From: Rhodanobacter sp.
GTDB taxonomy: Bacteria; Pseudomonadota; Gammaproteobacteria; Xanthomonadales; Rhodanobacteraceae
NCBI GenBank assembly: GCA_036561785.1
Contig: DATCUT010000104.1
Location: 14,282-78,281 of the forward strand
Length of the DNA stretch: 64,000 nucleotides
Direction of reading: 5' to 3'
Shown here: one piece after another, positions 20,143 through 36,444 of the stretch
How the letters are laid out: each line of letters begins with the position of its first letter
Position numbering within the stretch: the stretch's first letter is position 1
The notes under the pieces: model-generated
What the model saw: the letters and a program-made list of their open reading frames with translations, nothing else
Told to the model about the DNA's origin: nothing
Databases searched by the model: none
Program-made: the position numbers and the translations under genes

Positions 20143-20171
20143 CTTGCAAGCCGCGCGCGCAGACCTTATTT
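20143..20171 (+). promoter_or_regulatory. sigma32-type promoter upstream of hrcA
   Basis: CTTGCA-N15-CCTTATTT. Confidence 0.55.
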
Positions 20172-20183
20172 CTGTCGGGTCTC

Positions 20184-21272
20184 ATGGATTGCTACGACAG
20201 CATGATCAACCCGCATGGCCACGACCTCGACTCACGCGCGCGCAGCCTGTTGCGCACGCTGATCGCCCAGTACCTGGTCGACGGCGAGCCGGTGGGCTCA
20301 CGCACGTTGTCGCGTTCGTCCGGCCTGGACGTGAGCCCGGCGACGATCCGCAACATCATGGCCGATCTCGAGGATGCCGGCCTGGTCGTCTCGCCGCACA
20401 CCTCGGCGGGGCGCGTCCCGACACCGCGCGGCCTGCGCCTGTTCGTCGACAGCCTGATCGAGCTGCAGCCGCTGCCGCGTGCGGAAATGGCCCGCCTGCA
20501 GCGTGAGCTGCCGCCGGGGCCGACCACCACGCGCGACCTGCTCGGCAATGTCTCCACCTTGCTGTCGGCGATGACCCATTTCGCCGGCGTGGTCACGGTG
20601 CCGCGCCAGACCGACTTTCCGCTGCGGCACATCGATTTCGTGGCATTGCCGGAAGCGCAGGTGCTGGTGATCCTGGTGTTCAGCGACAACCAGGTGCAGA
20701 ACCGCATCGTGCAACTGGCCCGGCCGCTCGACGGCCGCGAGCTAGAGCAGGCGGCGAACTACCTGAACAGCCACTTCGCCGGCCTGCGTGTGGACGACAT
20801 CCGCGCCCACCTGCTGGCCGAAGTACACAAGACCGGCAGCGAGCTGAACCAGCTGCTGGCCAGCACGGTGGAACTGGCCACCGCCTCGTTCGCGCCACCG
20901 GCAAGTGGCCCCAGCGGCCCGGACGTGCTGGTCAGTGGCCAGACCAACCTGATGGGCTACTCCGAGCTGGCCGACATGCAGCGCCTGCGTGAGCTGTTCG
21001 AGGCGTTCCAGCAGAAGAATGAATTGCTGCAGCTGATGGAAGTCTGCGCCCGGGCGCCGGGCGTGCGCCTGTTCATCGGCGAGGAATCCGGCTTCACCGC
21101 CCTCGACGGTTGCAGCGTGGTTACCGCCAGTTACGGCGCGCAGGGGCGTGTACTCGGCGCGGTCGGCGTGATCGGCCCGACCCGGATGGCTTACGAGCGG
21201 GTGATCCCGGTGGTACAGGCCACCGCCGGATTGCTCAGCGACGCCTTGAATCGCGCCGCCACGACCCTATAA
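20184..21272 (+). CDS. hrcA: Heat-inducible transcription repressor HrcA
   Basis: GEPVGS, SPATIRNIMADLE, PHTSAGRVPT, VIGPTRMAY; alternative start at 20202. Confidence 0.96.
   Translation: MDCYDSMINPHGHDLDSRARSLLRTLIAQYLVDGEPVGSRTLSRSSGLDVSPATIRNIMADLEDAGLVVSPHTSAGRVPTPRGLRLFVDSLIELQPLPRAEMARLQRELPPGPTTTRDLLGNVSTLLSAMTHFAGVVTVPRQTDFPLRHIDFVALPEAQVLVILVFSDNQVQNRIVQLARPLDGRELEQAANYLNSHFAGLRVDDIRAHLLAEVHKTGSELNQLLASTVELATASFAPPASGPSGPDVLVSGQTNLMGYSELADMQRLRELFEAFQQKNELLQLMEVCARAPGVRLFIGEESGFTALDGCSVVTASYGAQGRVLGAVGVIGPTRMAYERVIPVVQATAGLLSDALNRAATTL
21245..21272 (+). promoter_or_regulatory. sigma32-type promoter upstream of grpE
   Basis: CTTGAA-N14-CCCTATAA within the end of hrcA. Confidence 0.65.
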
Positions 21273-21350
21273 CCGCAGCGGGAGGCGGGGTTTCTCGCAA
21301 ATCTGGACGGTCGGCATCCATGTCGGCCATGACAATCGCTTGGAGTGAGC

Positions 21351-21884
21351 ATGCAGAACAACGATCCGCAGTCGTCGGGCGAGGCGCCGACCCAAGGCCA
21401 AGCCGCCGAATCGACGACCACCGAACTGGAAGGCCTGCAGGCGCGCGTGGCCGAGCTGGAAGCAAGCAATGCCGAGTTGCGCGAGACGGTATTGCGTGAA
21501 CATGCGGAACTGGAGAACCAGCGCCGCCGCCTGCATCGCGACCTGGAGCAGGCCCGCCGCTTCGCCAACGAGAAACTCCTGAGTGAGTTGCTGCCCGTCT
21601 ACGACGGCCTGGAGAGTGGCCTGGCGATCGAGGGCGGCGACCTCGCCTCGATGCGCGAAGGCCTAGGCCTGACCCTGAAGGCGCTGCTGAAGGTAGCCGA
21701 GAACCACGGCATGGCGCAGGTCGACCCGCTGGGTCAGCCACTCGATCCGGAACGTCACCATGCGGTGAGCATGGTCGAGGCACCGGGCCAAGCGCCGGGC
21801 ACCGTGGTCAACGTGCTGCAGAAGGGTTATGTGCTGAACGGTCGCCTGCTGCGCCCCGCGCTGGTCGCGGTGGCGAAGGACTGA
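21351..21884 (+). CDS. grpE: Nucleotide exchange factor GrpE
   Basis: AELENQRRR, DPERHHA, QKGYVLNGRLLRPALV. Confidence 0.96.
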   Translation: MQNNDPQSSGEAPTQGQAAESTTTELEGLQARVAELEASNAELRETVLREHAELENQRRRLHRDLEQARRFANEKLLSELLPVYDGLESGLAIEGGDLASMREGLGLTLKALLKVAENHGMAQVDPLGQPLDPERHHAVSMVEAPGQAPGTVVNVLQKGYVLNGRLLRPALVAVAKD

Positions 21885-21958
21885 GCGGCACCGCCGCCTG
21901 CGCTCACCTGAACGGTGCGGCGGCGAACACCACGCAGCGCATCCGGGGCCTTGCCGGC

Positions 21959-21987
21959 ATTGAATCGCCAAGGCAGACCCCCATCTG
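21959..21987 (+). promoter_or_regulatory. sigma32-type promoter upstream of dnaK
   Basis: ATTGAA-N14-CCCCATCT. Confidence 0.75.
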
Positions 21988-22036
21988 ACAACCAGCGCGG
22001 CCGCGGGGGCCGCAAATAGATTTGGAGAGCATACGC

Positions 22037-23956
<1,920 letters not shown>

Positions 23957-24067
23957 TCGGTACCGTCATCGGCACGGCCGATTGACCAGCCCGCGCCAGG
24001 AATCCTCCCCGCGCGGGCTGTTTGTTGAATGCAGGGCAGGGGCGTGGCAAGCAGTGTGGATGCATGA

Positions 24068-25195
24068 ATGAGCAAGCGTGACTACTACGAGGTGCTGGGC
24101 GTCGAGCGCAGTGTCAGCGAAGCCGAACTGAAGAAATCCTTCCGCCGGCTGGCAATGAAATACCATCCGGACCGCTGCCCGGACGATCCCACGGCACAGG
24201 ACAAGTTCAAGGAGGCCAAGGAGGCCTACGAGGTACTGTCCGATGCCTCGAAGCGCGCAATGTACGACCAGCACGGCCACGCGGCCTTCGAGAACGGCAT
24301 GGGCGGTCGCGGCGGCGCCGGTTTCGGCGACGTCGGTGACATTTTTGGCGACATTTTCGGTGACATTTTCGGCCGCAGTGGCGGCGGGCGCGGTCGTCCG
24401 CGGCGCGGCGCCGACCTGCGCTACATCATGGAGCTGGACCTGGAGGAGGCCGTGTTCGGCGTCAGCCGGCAGATCGAGGTGCCCACCCAGGTCAACTGCC
24501 ATCACTGCAACGGCAGCGGCTCGGAGGACGGCAAGGTCAGCAAGTGCAAGACCTGCAGCGGCCACGGCCAGGTGCGCATGCAGAACGGCATCTTCTCGAT
24601 CCAGCAGTCCTGCCCGCATTGCGGCGGCAGCGGCCAGGCGATCGAGAAGCCGTGCAGGAAATGCCACGGTGAAGGCCGCCTCGAGGAAAACCGCACGCTG
24701 TCGGTGCAGATCCCCGAGGGTGTCGACAACGGCGATCGCATTCGCCTGACCGGGCAGGGCGAGGCCGGCCCATCCGGCGCGCCGGCCGGCGACCTGTATG
24801 TGGAAGTCCACGTGCGCGAGCACGCGATCTTCCAGCGCGACGGCAACGATCTGTATTGCGAACTGCCGATCCGCTTCTCGCAGGCGGCGCTGGGCGCCGA
24901 ACTGCCGGTGCCGACATTGGAAGGCGAAGTGCCGGTCAGCATTCCGCCGGAGACGCAGACCGGCACCCAGTTCCGCCTGCGCGGCCGCGGCGTCAAGTCC
25001 GTGCGCAGCAGTCGCCACGGCGACCTGATCTGCCGCGTGGTGGTGGAGACGCCGGTACGATTGACCAGGCAGCAGCGCGAGTTGCTGGAATCGCTGGAAA
25101 CCACCTTCGACAGCAGCGACGCCGGCAAGCACACCCCGCGCGCGAAGGGTTGGGTCGACGGCGTGAAGAAATTCTGGTCGAAAGTCACCGCGTAA
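24068..25195 (+). CDS. dnaJ: Chaperone DnaJ
   Basis: HPD J-domain, G/F region, four CxxCxGxG repeats. Confidence 0.98.
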   Translation: MSKRDYYEVLGVERSVSEAELKKSFRRLAMKYHPDRCPDDPTAQDKFKEAKEAYEVLSDASKRAMYDQHGHAAFENGMGGRGGAGFGDVGDIFGDIFGDIFGRSGGGRGRPRRGADLRYIMELDLEEAVFGVSRQIEVPTQVNCHHCNGSGSEDGKVSKCKTCSGHGQVRMQNGIFSIQQSCPHCGGSGQAIEKPCRKCHGEGRLEENRTLSVQIPEGVDNGDRIRLTGQGEAGPSGAPAGDLYVEVHVREHAIFQRDGNDLYCELPIRFSQAALGAELPVPTLEGEVPVSIPPETQTGTQFRLRGRGVKSVRSSRHGDLICRVVVETPVRLTRQQRELLESLETTFDSSDAGKHTPRAKGWVDGVKKFWSKVTA

Positions 25196-25247
25196 GCTTC
25201 ATCGCCCCCGCTAGCATGTACGGACCGACCACTGGAGTGCGCCGCCG

Positions 25248-26048
25248 ATGACCCGCCCCCTTCGCCTCGCCCTCAGTGGCGCCTCCGGCCGCATGGGCCA
25301 CGCGCTGCTGGATCTGCTCGGCGAAGACGCCCGCTTCGAACTGGTGCATGCGGTGGTGGCGCCGGGTTCGGTCCACGATGGCCAGCCGGTATCCGCCGCT
25401 GCGGCGGGTTCCCTGCGGTACGCGCACGACTGGACGCAGGCGCCGCCGATCGACGTCGTCGTCGACTTCAGCGGCCCGGCCGCGCTGGCGCTGGCGCTCG
25501 ATCACTGCCTGGCGCATGGCACGGCCCTGGTCAGCGGCACCACCGGCGTGGACGCCGCGCTGGAAGCGCGGTTGGCCGATGCCGGTCAGCGCCTCGCAAT
25601 CCTGCGCGCCGCCAACTTCAGCCTCGGCGTGGCGGTGCTGACGCGCTTGCTGCGCGAAGCGGCAGCGGCCCTGCCGGACTGGGACCTGGAAATCGTCGAG
25701 GCGCATCACGGCCGCAAGCAGGACGCGCCCTCCGGCACCGCGCTGGCGCTCGGCCAGGCGGCGGCGACGGCACGCAACACCACGCTGGAAGCAGCGGCGA
25801 TATACAGCCGGGAAGGTCGCCCCGGCGAACGGGTCGAGGGCAGCATCGGCTTCGCCGTGGTGCGCGGCGGCGACATCGTGGGCGAACACACCGCCATGCT
25901 GGTCGGGCAGGGCGAGCGGCTGGAGCTCGTGCATCGCGCCACCGACCGTTCGATCTTTGCGCGTGGCGCCTTGCACGCGGCGCATTGGCTGGCGGGTCGT
26001 GCGCCGGGGCAGTGGCAGCTGGACGACGTGATCACCACGCTGCGCTGA
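25248..26048 (+). CDS. dapB: 4-hydroxy-tetrahydrodipicolinate reductase
   Basis: GASGRMG, EAHHGRKQDAPSGTA, RGGDIVGEH. Confidence 0.96.
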   Translation: MTRPLRLALSGASGRMGHALLDLLGEDARFELVHAVVAPGSVHDGQPVSAAAAGSLRYAHDWTQAPPIDVVVDFSGPAALALALDHCLAHGTALVSGTTGVDAALEARLADAGQRLAILRAANFSLGVAVLTRLLREAAAALPDWDLEIVEAHHGRKQDAPSGTALALGQAAATARNTTLEAAAIYSREGRPGERVEGSIGFAVVRGGDIVGEHTAMLVGQGERLELVHRATDRSIFARGALHAAHWLAGRAPGQWQLDDVITTLR

Positions 26049-26101
26049 GACGGCGCAACAAGTCATGGACCAGTGGGACGAACCGGCGCTGCCGGACAGA
26101 C

Positions 26102-26797
26102 TCAGTCGCGGTGCGAGGCGTTGCGATCGCGCCCCGCGCCCAGCTTGGTGTCGAGGCTGCCAAACAATTTCTTGAACACGCGCGAGAAGTTTCCGCGTTT
26201 CGTCTTGCGCAGCTTCTCTTCCTCGCTGGTCAGCCAGGCGACCTGGATCACCCGCCGTTCGCCCTCGTAGGGCAGATGGCCGTGGAAGGAATTCTCGCAG
26301 CGCTTGAATACGGCGAACTCGCCGTAGAGTGGTGCCAGCTCCGGAGCCGCGATGCTGTCGATGTCGTCGATCTTGTGCAGGAAACGCAGGCAGCCATCGC
26401 TGGTATCCGGCCATTGCGCATTCAGGTAGATCAGCGCGGTGGCCACCTTGGACTTGCTGTCGGTATGGATGGTGCCGTGGCGCTTGTTGAGCAGGCGACA
26501 CAGGGTCACCAGGGTCGGGTACTGGCCGAGATTGTCGATCCCCAGCCGTTGCCCGACGGCACGGGCAAACGCCGGCGAAGTCATGTTCTCGATCAGCGCA
26601 TTGACGCTCGGGCCGCAGTCGGCCGGATCGTAGGGAAAGAAGCCGGCGCTGGCATAGCGCGGGAAGTCGCGATCCAGGTCGCTGCGCACTTCATCCGGCA
26701 GCTGGCCATGCGCGACCATGAATGGAAAGGGCTGGTGCTGCACCGTGGTATCCGGGCGATCGAGACGGGCGGGATCGAGCAGGACAGCAGCACTCAT
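26102..26797 (-). CDS. 2OG-Fe(II) oxygenase family protein
   Basis: IHTDS, ALIYLN, SFHGH, GERR motifs. Confidence 0.8.
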   Translation of the reverse strand: MSAAVLLDPARLDRPDTTVQHQPFPFMVAHGQLPDEVRSDLDRDFPRYASAGFFPYDPADCGPSVNALIENMTSPAFARAVGQRLGIDNLGQYPTLVTLCRLLNKRHGTIHTDSKSKVATALIYLNAQWPDTSDGCLRFLHKIDDIDSIAAPELAPLYGEFAVFKRCENSFHGHLPYEGERRVIQVAWLTSEEEKLRKTKRGNFSRVFKKLFGSLDTKLGAGRDRNASHRD

Positions 26798-27010
26798 GGG
26801 GCATCGGACTCCGACAAAATGTGGCTTAGTGTAGCGCCGACCGATCGGCGGATATGGGCGAAAAATCGCAAGATTCATGTTCCGTAAGGTGGACAGAAAC
26901 GGCGTCGCCGCTTATCATTTCCACCCGCCCAGATCCTTTCCCTTCCAAGCTCCACAAGCCAGCAATCGTGCGGCTTGCGGACTTTGCTGCATCCAAAAGG
27001 CGGTTACCGT

Positions 27011-28139
<1,129 letters not shown>

Positions 28140-28147
<8 letters not shown>

Positions 28148-31100
28148 GCGTACCGATATCAAAAGCATCCTCATCATCGGTGCCGGCCCGATCGTGATCG
28201 GCCAGGCCTGCGAGTTCGACTACTCCGGTGCGCAAGCGTGCAAGGCGCTGAAGGAAGAGGGTTACCGGGTGATCCTGGTGAACTCGAACCCCGCCACGAT
28301 CATGACCGATCCGGACACTGCCGACGCGGTGTACATCGAGCCGATCAACTGGCAGACGGTGGAACGCATCATCGCGAAGGAGCGCCCGGACGCGGTGCTG
28401 CCCACGATGGGCGGCCAGACCGGCCTGAACTGCGCGCTCGACCTGGCCGACCACGGCGTGCTGGAGAAGTACAACGTCGAGCTGATCGGTGCCAAGCGCG
28501 AAGCGATCCGCATGGCCGAGGACCGCGAGCTGTTCCGCGTGGCGATGGGCGAGATCGGGCTGGAATGCCCGAAGGCCGAAGTGGTGCGCACGTTCGAGCA
28601 GGCGTTGCTGACCCAGGCCAAGGTGGGTTTCCCCACGGTTATCCGGCCCAGTTTCACGCTCGGCGGCTCGGGCGGCGGCATCGCGTACAACCGCGAGGAG
28701 TTCGAGGAGATCGTCAAGCGCGGCCTGGAGCTGTCGCCGGTGGGCGAAGTGCTGGTCGAGGAATCCGTGCTCGGATGGAAGGAGTTCGAGATGGAAGTGG
28801 TCCGCGACACCGCGGACAACTGCATCATCGTGTGCTCGATCGAGAACCTCGATCCGATGGGCGTGCATACCGGCGACTCGATCACGGTGGCGCCGGCACA
28901 GACGCTCACCGACAAGGAATACCAGCGCCTGCGCGACGCCTCGATCGCGGTGCTGCGCAAGATCGGCGTGGATACCGGCGGCTCCAACGTGCAGTTCGGC
29001 ATCAACGCCGAGGACGGCCGCGTGGTGGTGATCGAGATGAATCCGCGGGTGTCGCGTTCGTCCGCGCTGGCGTCGAAGGCCACCGGTTTCCCGATCGCCA
29101 AGATCGCCGCGAAGCTGGCGGTCGGCTACACGCTGGACGAACTGAAGAACGACATCACCGGCGGCCTGACGCCGGCGTCGTTCGAGCCGTCGATCGACTA
29201 CGTGGTTACCAAGATTCCGCGTTTCGCGTTCGAAAAATTCCCGGCCGCCGATGCCCGCCTGACCACCCAGATGAAGTCGGTGGGCGAAGTGATGGCGATC
29301 GGCCGGAGCTTCCACGAGTCGCTGCAGAAGGCGTTGCGCGGGCTGGAAATCGGCAAGACCGGCCTCAACCCGACCGGGCTGGACATCAGCACTGATGACG
29401 GCCTGGCCGTGCTCAAGCGCGAGCTGCGCGAGCCGCGCCCCGACCGTGTCTTCCACCTGGCCGACGCGTTTCGCGCCGGCCTGTCGCTGGAGGAAGTGTT
29501 CAACCTCAGCCGGGTCGATCCGTGGTTCCTCGCCGCCTTCGAGGACATCGTACTGACCGAGGCGGAAGTGGTCGCACAGGGCATCACCGCGCTCGACGAG
29601 CCGCGCGTGCGCGAACTCAAACGGCTCGGTTTCGCCGATGCGCGCCTGGCCGAGCTGCTCAACACCGACGAAGCCTCGATGCGCCATCTGCGTCATACGC
29701 TCGGTGTGCGTCCGGTGTACAAGCGGGTGGATTCCTGCGCGGCCGAGTTCGCCACCAGCACTGCCTACATGTATTCGACCTACGAGGAAGAATGCGAGGC
29801 GGCGCCGACCGACCGCGACAAGATCATCGTGCTCGGCGGCGGCCCGAACCGGATCGGGCAGGGCATCGAGTTCGACTATTGCTGCGTGCACGCGTCGCTG
29901 GCACTGCGCGAGGATGGCTACGAAACCATCATGGTCAACTGCAACCCGGAGACGGTGTCGACCGACTACGACACCTCCGACCGGTTGTACTTCGAGCCGC
30001 TGACGCTGGAGGACGTGCTGGAGATCGTCCACGTCGAGAAGCCGAAGGGCGTGATCGTGCAGTACGGCGGACAGACTCCGCTGAAGCTGGCGCGCGCGCT
30101 GGAAGCGGCCGGCGTGCCGATCATCGGCACCAGCCCCGACTCGATCGACCTGGCCGAGGACCGCGAGCGCTTCCAGCAGATGATCGAGAAGATCGGCCTG
30201 AAGCAGCCGCCGAACCGCACCGCGCGCAACGCCGACGAGGCGCTGGCGCTGGCGCGCGAAATCGGCTACCCGCTGGTGGTACGGCCGAGCTACGTGCTTG
30301 GCGGCCGCGCGATGGAAGTGGTGCATGACGACGCCGACCTGTCGCGCTACATCCGCGATGCGGTGAAGGTGTCGAACGATTCGCCGGTGCTGCTGGACCG
30401 CTTCCTCGACCACGCGGTCGAGGTCGACGTGGACGTGATCGCCGATGCCGAGGGCACCGTGCTGATCGGCGGCATCATGGAGCACATCGAGGAGGCCGGC
30501 GTGCATTCGGGCGATTCGTCCTGCTCGCTGCCGCCGTATTCGCTGAGCGCGGAAATCCAGGACGAAATGCGCCGCCAGGTCAGTGCGATGGCGAAGGAAC
30601 TGAAGGTGATCGGCCTGATGAACACCCAGTTCGCGATCCAGGGCGACACGGTGTTCATCCTGGAAGTGAACCCGCGCGCTTCGCGCACGGTGCCGTTCGT
30701 GTCCAAGGCCACCGGCGTGCCGCTGGCCAAGATCGCCGCGCGCGTCATGGCCGGCCGTTCGCTGGTCAGCCTGAACGCGACGCGCGAGGTGATCCCTGCG
30801 TACTACTCGGTGAAGGAGGCGATCTTCCCGTTCCTGAAGTTCCAGAACGTCGACCCGATCCTCGGGCCCGAGATGCGTTCGACCGGTGAAGTGATGGGCG
30901 TGGGCCGCAGTTTCGGCGCGGCATTCGCGCGTGGCCACGAAGCCGCCGGCATCAAGGCACCGACGATCGGCAAGGCATTCCTGTCGGTGCGCGATGGCGA
31001 CAAGGACCGCCTGTTGCCGGTGGCCAGGGAAATCATTGCGCGCGGTTTCAACGTGGTGGCGACCTCCGGCACCGCCAGCTACCTGGCCGAGCATGGCGTG

Positions 31101-31367
31101 GTCTGCGAGCGGATCAACAAGGTGCTCGAAGGCCGTCCGCACATCGTCGATCTGATCAAGAACGGCGAGATCGTCTATATCGTCAACACCACCGAGGGCA
31201 AGCAGGCGATCGCCGATTCGTTCTCGATCCGGCGCGAGGCACTGCAGCATCGCGTCACCTATTCCACTACCGTGGCAGGCGCCCGTGCGCTCGTGCATTC
31301 GCTGGATTTCCACAGCGATGGCGAGGTGCACAGCCTGCAGGAACTGCACAAGGAGCTCATCGCATGA
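28140..31367 (+). CDS. carB: Carbamoyl-phosphate synthase large subunit
   Basis: [30 protein letters not shown]; two ATP-grasp halves; MGS domain. Confidence 0.99.
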
Positions 31368-31840
31368 GTCGCCCCCCCATCACCAGGACCGGCGCCGAGC
31401 GTCTGCGCGCGGAACTGGAACGGCTGAAGTCCGCCGACCGCCCGCGCATCATCGCGGCGATTGCCGAGGCGCGTGCACACGGTGACCTCAAGGAGAACGC
31501 GGAATACCACGCCGCGCGCGAACTGCAGAGTTTCACCGAGGGCCGCATCGCCCAGCTGGAGGCCTTGCTGTCGACCGCCGAGGTGATCGATGTCGCCCAG
31601 TTGAAGCCAGGCAATCGCGTGGTGTTCGGCGCCACCGTGGACCTGGAGGACGAGGACTCCGGCGTGGCGGTGACCTATCAGATCGTCGGCGACCTGGAAG
31701 CGGACATCAAGCAGCGATTGATCGCGGTGTCCTCGCCGATAGCCCGTGCACTGATCGGCAAGAGTGCCGGCGACAGCTTCGAGTTCACCGCGCCGAACGG
31801 CGTCAAGCACTACGAAATCATCGACGTCCGCTACGCATGA
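31364..31840 (+). CDS. greA: Transcription elongation factor GreA
   Basis: [23 protein letters not shown]. Confidence 0.97.
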   Translation: MSRPPITRTGAERLRAELERLKSADRPRIIAAIAEARAHGDLKENAEYHAARELQSFTEGRIAQLEALLSTAEVIDVAQLKPGNRVVFGATVDLEDEDSGVAVTYQIVGDLEADIKQRLIAVSSPIARALIGKSAGDSFEFTAPNGVKHYEIIDVRYA

Positions 31841-31892
31841 CGGCGATCGAGGGCCCCGGGGCATCGCCGCCGGGGCCTTGATGGACACCCAC

Positions 31893-31918
31893 AAAAAAGG
31901 CCGCTTGCGCGGCCTTTC
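31893..31918. terminator. Intrinsic terminator between greA and rpmJ
   Basis: AAAAAAGGCCGC-TTGC-GCGGCCTTTC. Confidence 0.8.
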
Positions 31919-31940
31919 TCATGGCATCGGCAGGCTGGAT

Positions 31941-32066
31941 TCAGCGCTGGCGAGCCTTGAAACGGGGGTTGCTCTTGCAGATCACGAACACCTTGCCGCG
32001 ACGGCGCACAATCTTGCAGTCGCGATGCCGCGCCTTGGCGGACTTCAAAGAGTTAAGCACCTTCAC
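31941..32066 (-). CDS. rpmJ: 50S ribosomal protein L36, type B (ykgO-like); not in ORF track
   Basis: GTG start with AGGAG RBS; [41 protein letters not shown]. Confidence 0.95.
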   Translation of the reverse strand: MKVLNSLKSAKARHRDCKIVRRRGKVFVICKSNPRFKARQR

Positions 32067-32127
32067 GGCCAGCTCCTGACACTAAACGAAAATGTAAGCG
32101 CGCAAGTGTAACGGCCCCAATGACTTA

Positions 32128-33039
32128 TCACAAGCCCGGTGCGACGGCTGTTTCCGCCACCGTGGCCAGGAATTGCTGCAGGGCCGGGGAATGGTCGTCG
32201 GCTCGACAGGCCACGGCCAGCAGCAGGTAGGCATCGGGATCTTCCAGCGGCACATAGCAGACCCCGGCCAGGCGCACGGTACGCATGCTGGTCGGCACCA
32301 AGGCCAGCCCCAAGCCGGCGGCAACCAGGGCGAGCAGGCCGTTGATCTGCTGTGCATGCTGGGTGATCGATGGCTGGAAGCCGGCCCGCGTCGCCAGTTT
32401 CACCAGCCGGTCGTAGAGCGTGGAGGCCAGTTCGCGCGGTTGCGACACGAAGGCATCGCCGGCCACTTCGGCCAGGCGCAGGCTGTCGCGGTTGGCCATG
32501 GGATGACCGGCGGGCAGGGCGAGCAACAGGGGTTCACGGTCGATCACACTGAATCGCAAGCCGCGGGCATCCTGTGCATGTACCGGTTCGTCACGGACAA
32601 AACCGACGTCGATCTGGCCGGCGAGCAGGGCGGCAAACTGCGGTTCGGTATACATCTCACTGAGTTGCAGGCGCACGTTGGGCGCGATCTGGCCAAAACG
32701 CAGCAAGGCCTGCGGCATGGCCGGATGGAACGAGACCGAGACGGTATAGGCCAGTCGCAACTGGCCGCTGTAGCCCGCCGCCGCCGCCACCACCTGGCTG
32801 CGTGCTTCGTCGACCTTGGCCAGGATCTGCCGGGCCTGCTCCAGGAAAATCCGGCCCGGCTCGGTCAATGCCACGCTGCGCTTGGTGCGCTCCAGCAGGC
32901 GCACCCCTAGATCCTGTTCCAGCGACTGGATCTGCTGCGACAGCGGCGGCTGGGAAAGGTGCAGGCGCAGCGCCGCCCGGGTGAAGCTGAGCTCCTCGGC
33001 GACGGCAACGAAATAGCGCAACTGGCGAAGATCAAACAT
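32128..33039 (-). CDS. LysR-family transcriptional regulator
   Basis: DLRQLRYFVAVAEELSFTRAALRLHLSQPPLSQQI HTH plus substrate-binding domain. Confidence 0.96.
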   Translation of the reverse strand: MFDLRQLRYFVAVAEELSFTRAALRLHLSQPPLSQQIQSLEQDLGVRLLERTKRSVALTEPGRIFLEQARQILAKVDEARSQVVAAAAGYSGQLRLAYTVSVSFHPAMPQALLRFGQIAPNVRLQLSEMYTEPQFAALLAGQIDVGFVRDEPVHAQDARGLRFSVIDREPLLLALPAGHPMANRDSLRLAEVAGDAFVSQPRELASTLYDRLVKLATRAGFQPSITQHAQQINGLLALVAAGLGLALVPTSMRTVRLAGVCYVPLEDPDAYLLLAVACRADDHSPALQQFLATVAETAVAPGL

Positions 33040-33076
33040 ATAGTGATTTCGAATTAATCGGGCGCTAAATATATAT

Positions 33077-33105
33077 TAGATACTTTATTGCGTCGATCAT
33101 AAAAT
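33077..33105 (+). promoter_or_regulatory. sigma70-like promoter divergent from LysR gene
   Basis: TAGATA-N17-TAAAAT within an AT-rich patch next to the LysR start. Confidence 0.6.
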
Positions 33106-33111
33106 CACTCT

Positions 33112-33240
33112 CGTCCCGCCACTTCCCCTCCCCCCTAGTGGCGGCGGCCCTCGCCCCGCAGCGACGCTAAATACGACATCTGGTTCAACTCCCCCCCTGA
33201 ACCCATGTCGATGCGTCTCCCCTGCGGGGCGCTTTCTTTT
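33112..33240 (+). ncRNA. Candidate ~130-nt sRNA with C-rich (anti-SD) loops, sX13/cuckoo-like architecture
   Basis: Hairpins with loops TCCCCTCCCCCCT and ACTCCCCCCC; terminal hairpin followed by TTTCTTTT; no credible ORF. Confidence 0.65.
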
Positions 33241-33287
33241 CCACGACCGACACCATCGCCTGACGGCGGCGGTGGTCGATGTCGGAA

Positions 33288-35393
<2,106 letters not shown>

Positions 35394-35651
35394 TCAGGCC
35401 AGCAACTGGTGCACCAGCGCAATGTAGCGGCGCATGGCTTCCTCTTCGGGGACGCCGTTCAACTGCGTCCAGGCCTCATGCTTGGCGGTGCCGACGAAGT
35501 CGAAGAAGCCGGGCTGGGCGCGTTTCAGGTCGCCTTCCGAGCCCTGCTTGTAGAGCGCGTAGAGCTTCAGCAAGGTGTCGTTGTCGGGGCGCGTGGCCAA
35601 TCGCTGGATGTCCTTGGCAGCCTGGTCGAACTCGCGGCGAAGGTCGGTCAT
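35394..35651 (-). CDS. Acyl-CoA-binding protein (ACBP)
   Basis: LLKLYALYKQGSEGD...PGFFDFVGTAKHEAW...AMRRYI. Confidence 0.92.
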   Translation of the reverse strand: MTDLRREFDQAAKDIQRLATRPDNDTLLKLYALYKQGSEGDLKRAQPGFFDFVGTAKHEAWTQLNGVPEEEAMRRYIALVHQLLA

Positions 35652-35763
35652 AAGGCAGATCGGACATGGCTTGCGGACAAGGAGACCGGCTAGATAGCAC
35701 GCGTCCCCAGTGGGGTCAACGCGGTAAACTCCCCGCTTTCGCCATTCCGCCCAGGATCTTGTC

Positions 35764-36444
35764 ATGAGCCACGCTCCCGCCGTACCCGTACTCACCATCG
35801 ACGGGCCGTCGGGATCGGGCAAGGGCACCATCAGCGCGCTGGTGGCGGAACGGCTGGGTTGGCGGTTGCTGGATTCCGGCGCGCTGTACCGCGCCGTGGG
35901 CTACGCCGCGGGCATGGCCGGGCTGGACCTGTCGGACGTGGAGGCGGTGACCCGTTGTGCGCAGGGCACGAAGATCCATTTCCGCGCGGCCAGCGACGGC
36001 GGCGAGACCCGGGTGGTCGTCAACGGGCACGACGCCACCGACGAATTGCGCACCGAAACCGCCGGTGCGGCCGCCTCGGCGATCGCCTCGATGCCGCCGG
36101 TACGCGAAGCCCTGGTGGCGCTGCAGTTGGGCTTCCGCAAGGCGCCCGGCCTGGTCGCCGACGGGCGCGACATGGGCACGGTGATCTTCCCGGATGCAGC
36201 GCACAAGGTTTTCCTCACCGCGAGCGCCGCCGAGCGGGCAAAAAGACGCTATAAGCAGTTGAAGGAAAAGGGGCTCAGCGTTACACTTGCGGGCCTTCAG
36301 CGAGAAATTGAGGCGCGTGACAGCCGCGATGCATCGCGGGCGGTTGCACCGCTCAAGCCTGCCGAAGATGCCGTGCTGGTGGATACCACCGGGATGGGCA
36401 TCGACGAGGTCGTCGCGAAAGTACTTGCCGTCGTGCAGTCCTGA
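35764..36444 (+). CDS. cmk: Cytidylate kinase
   Basis: [32 protein letters not shown]. Confidence 0.97.
   Translation: MSHAPAVPVLTIDGPSGSGKGTISALVAERLGWRLLDSGALYRAVGYAAGMAGLDLSDVEAVTRCAQGTKIHFRAASDGGETRVVVNGHDATDELRTETAGAAASAIASMPPVREALVALQLGFRKAPGLVADGRDMGTVIFPDAAHKVFLTASAAERAKRRYKQLKEKGLSVTLAGLQREIEARDSRDASRAVAPLKPAEDAVLVDTTGMGIDEVVAKVLAVVQS

Noticed and set aside
20079-22036. CIRCE operator near hrcA/grpE/dnaK
   Set aside because: No TTAGCACTC-N9-GAGTGCTAA found; only sigma32-type promoters are visible.
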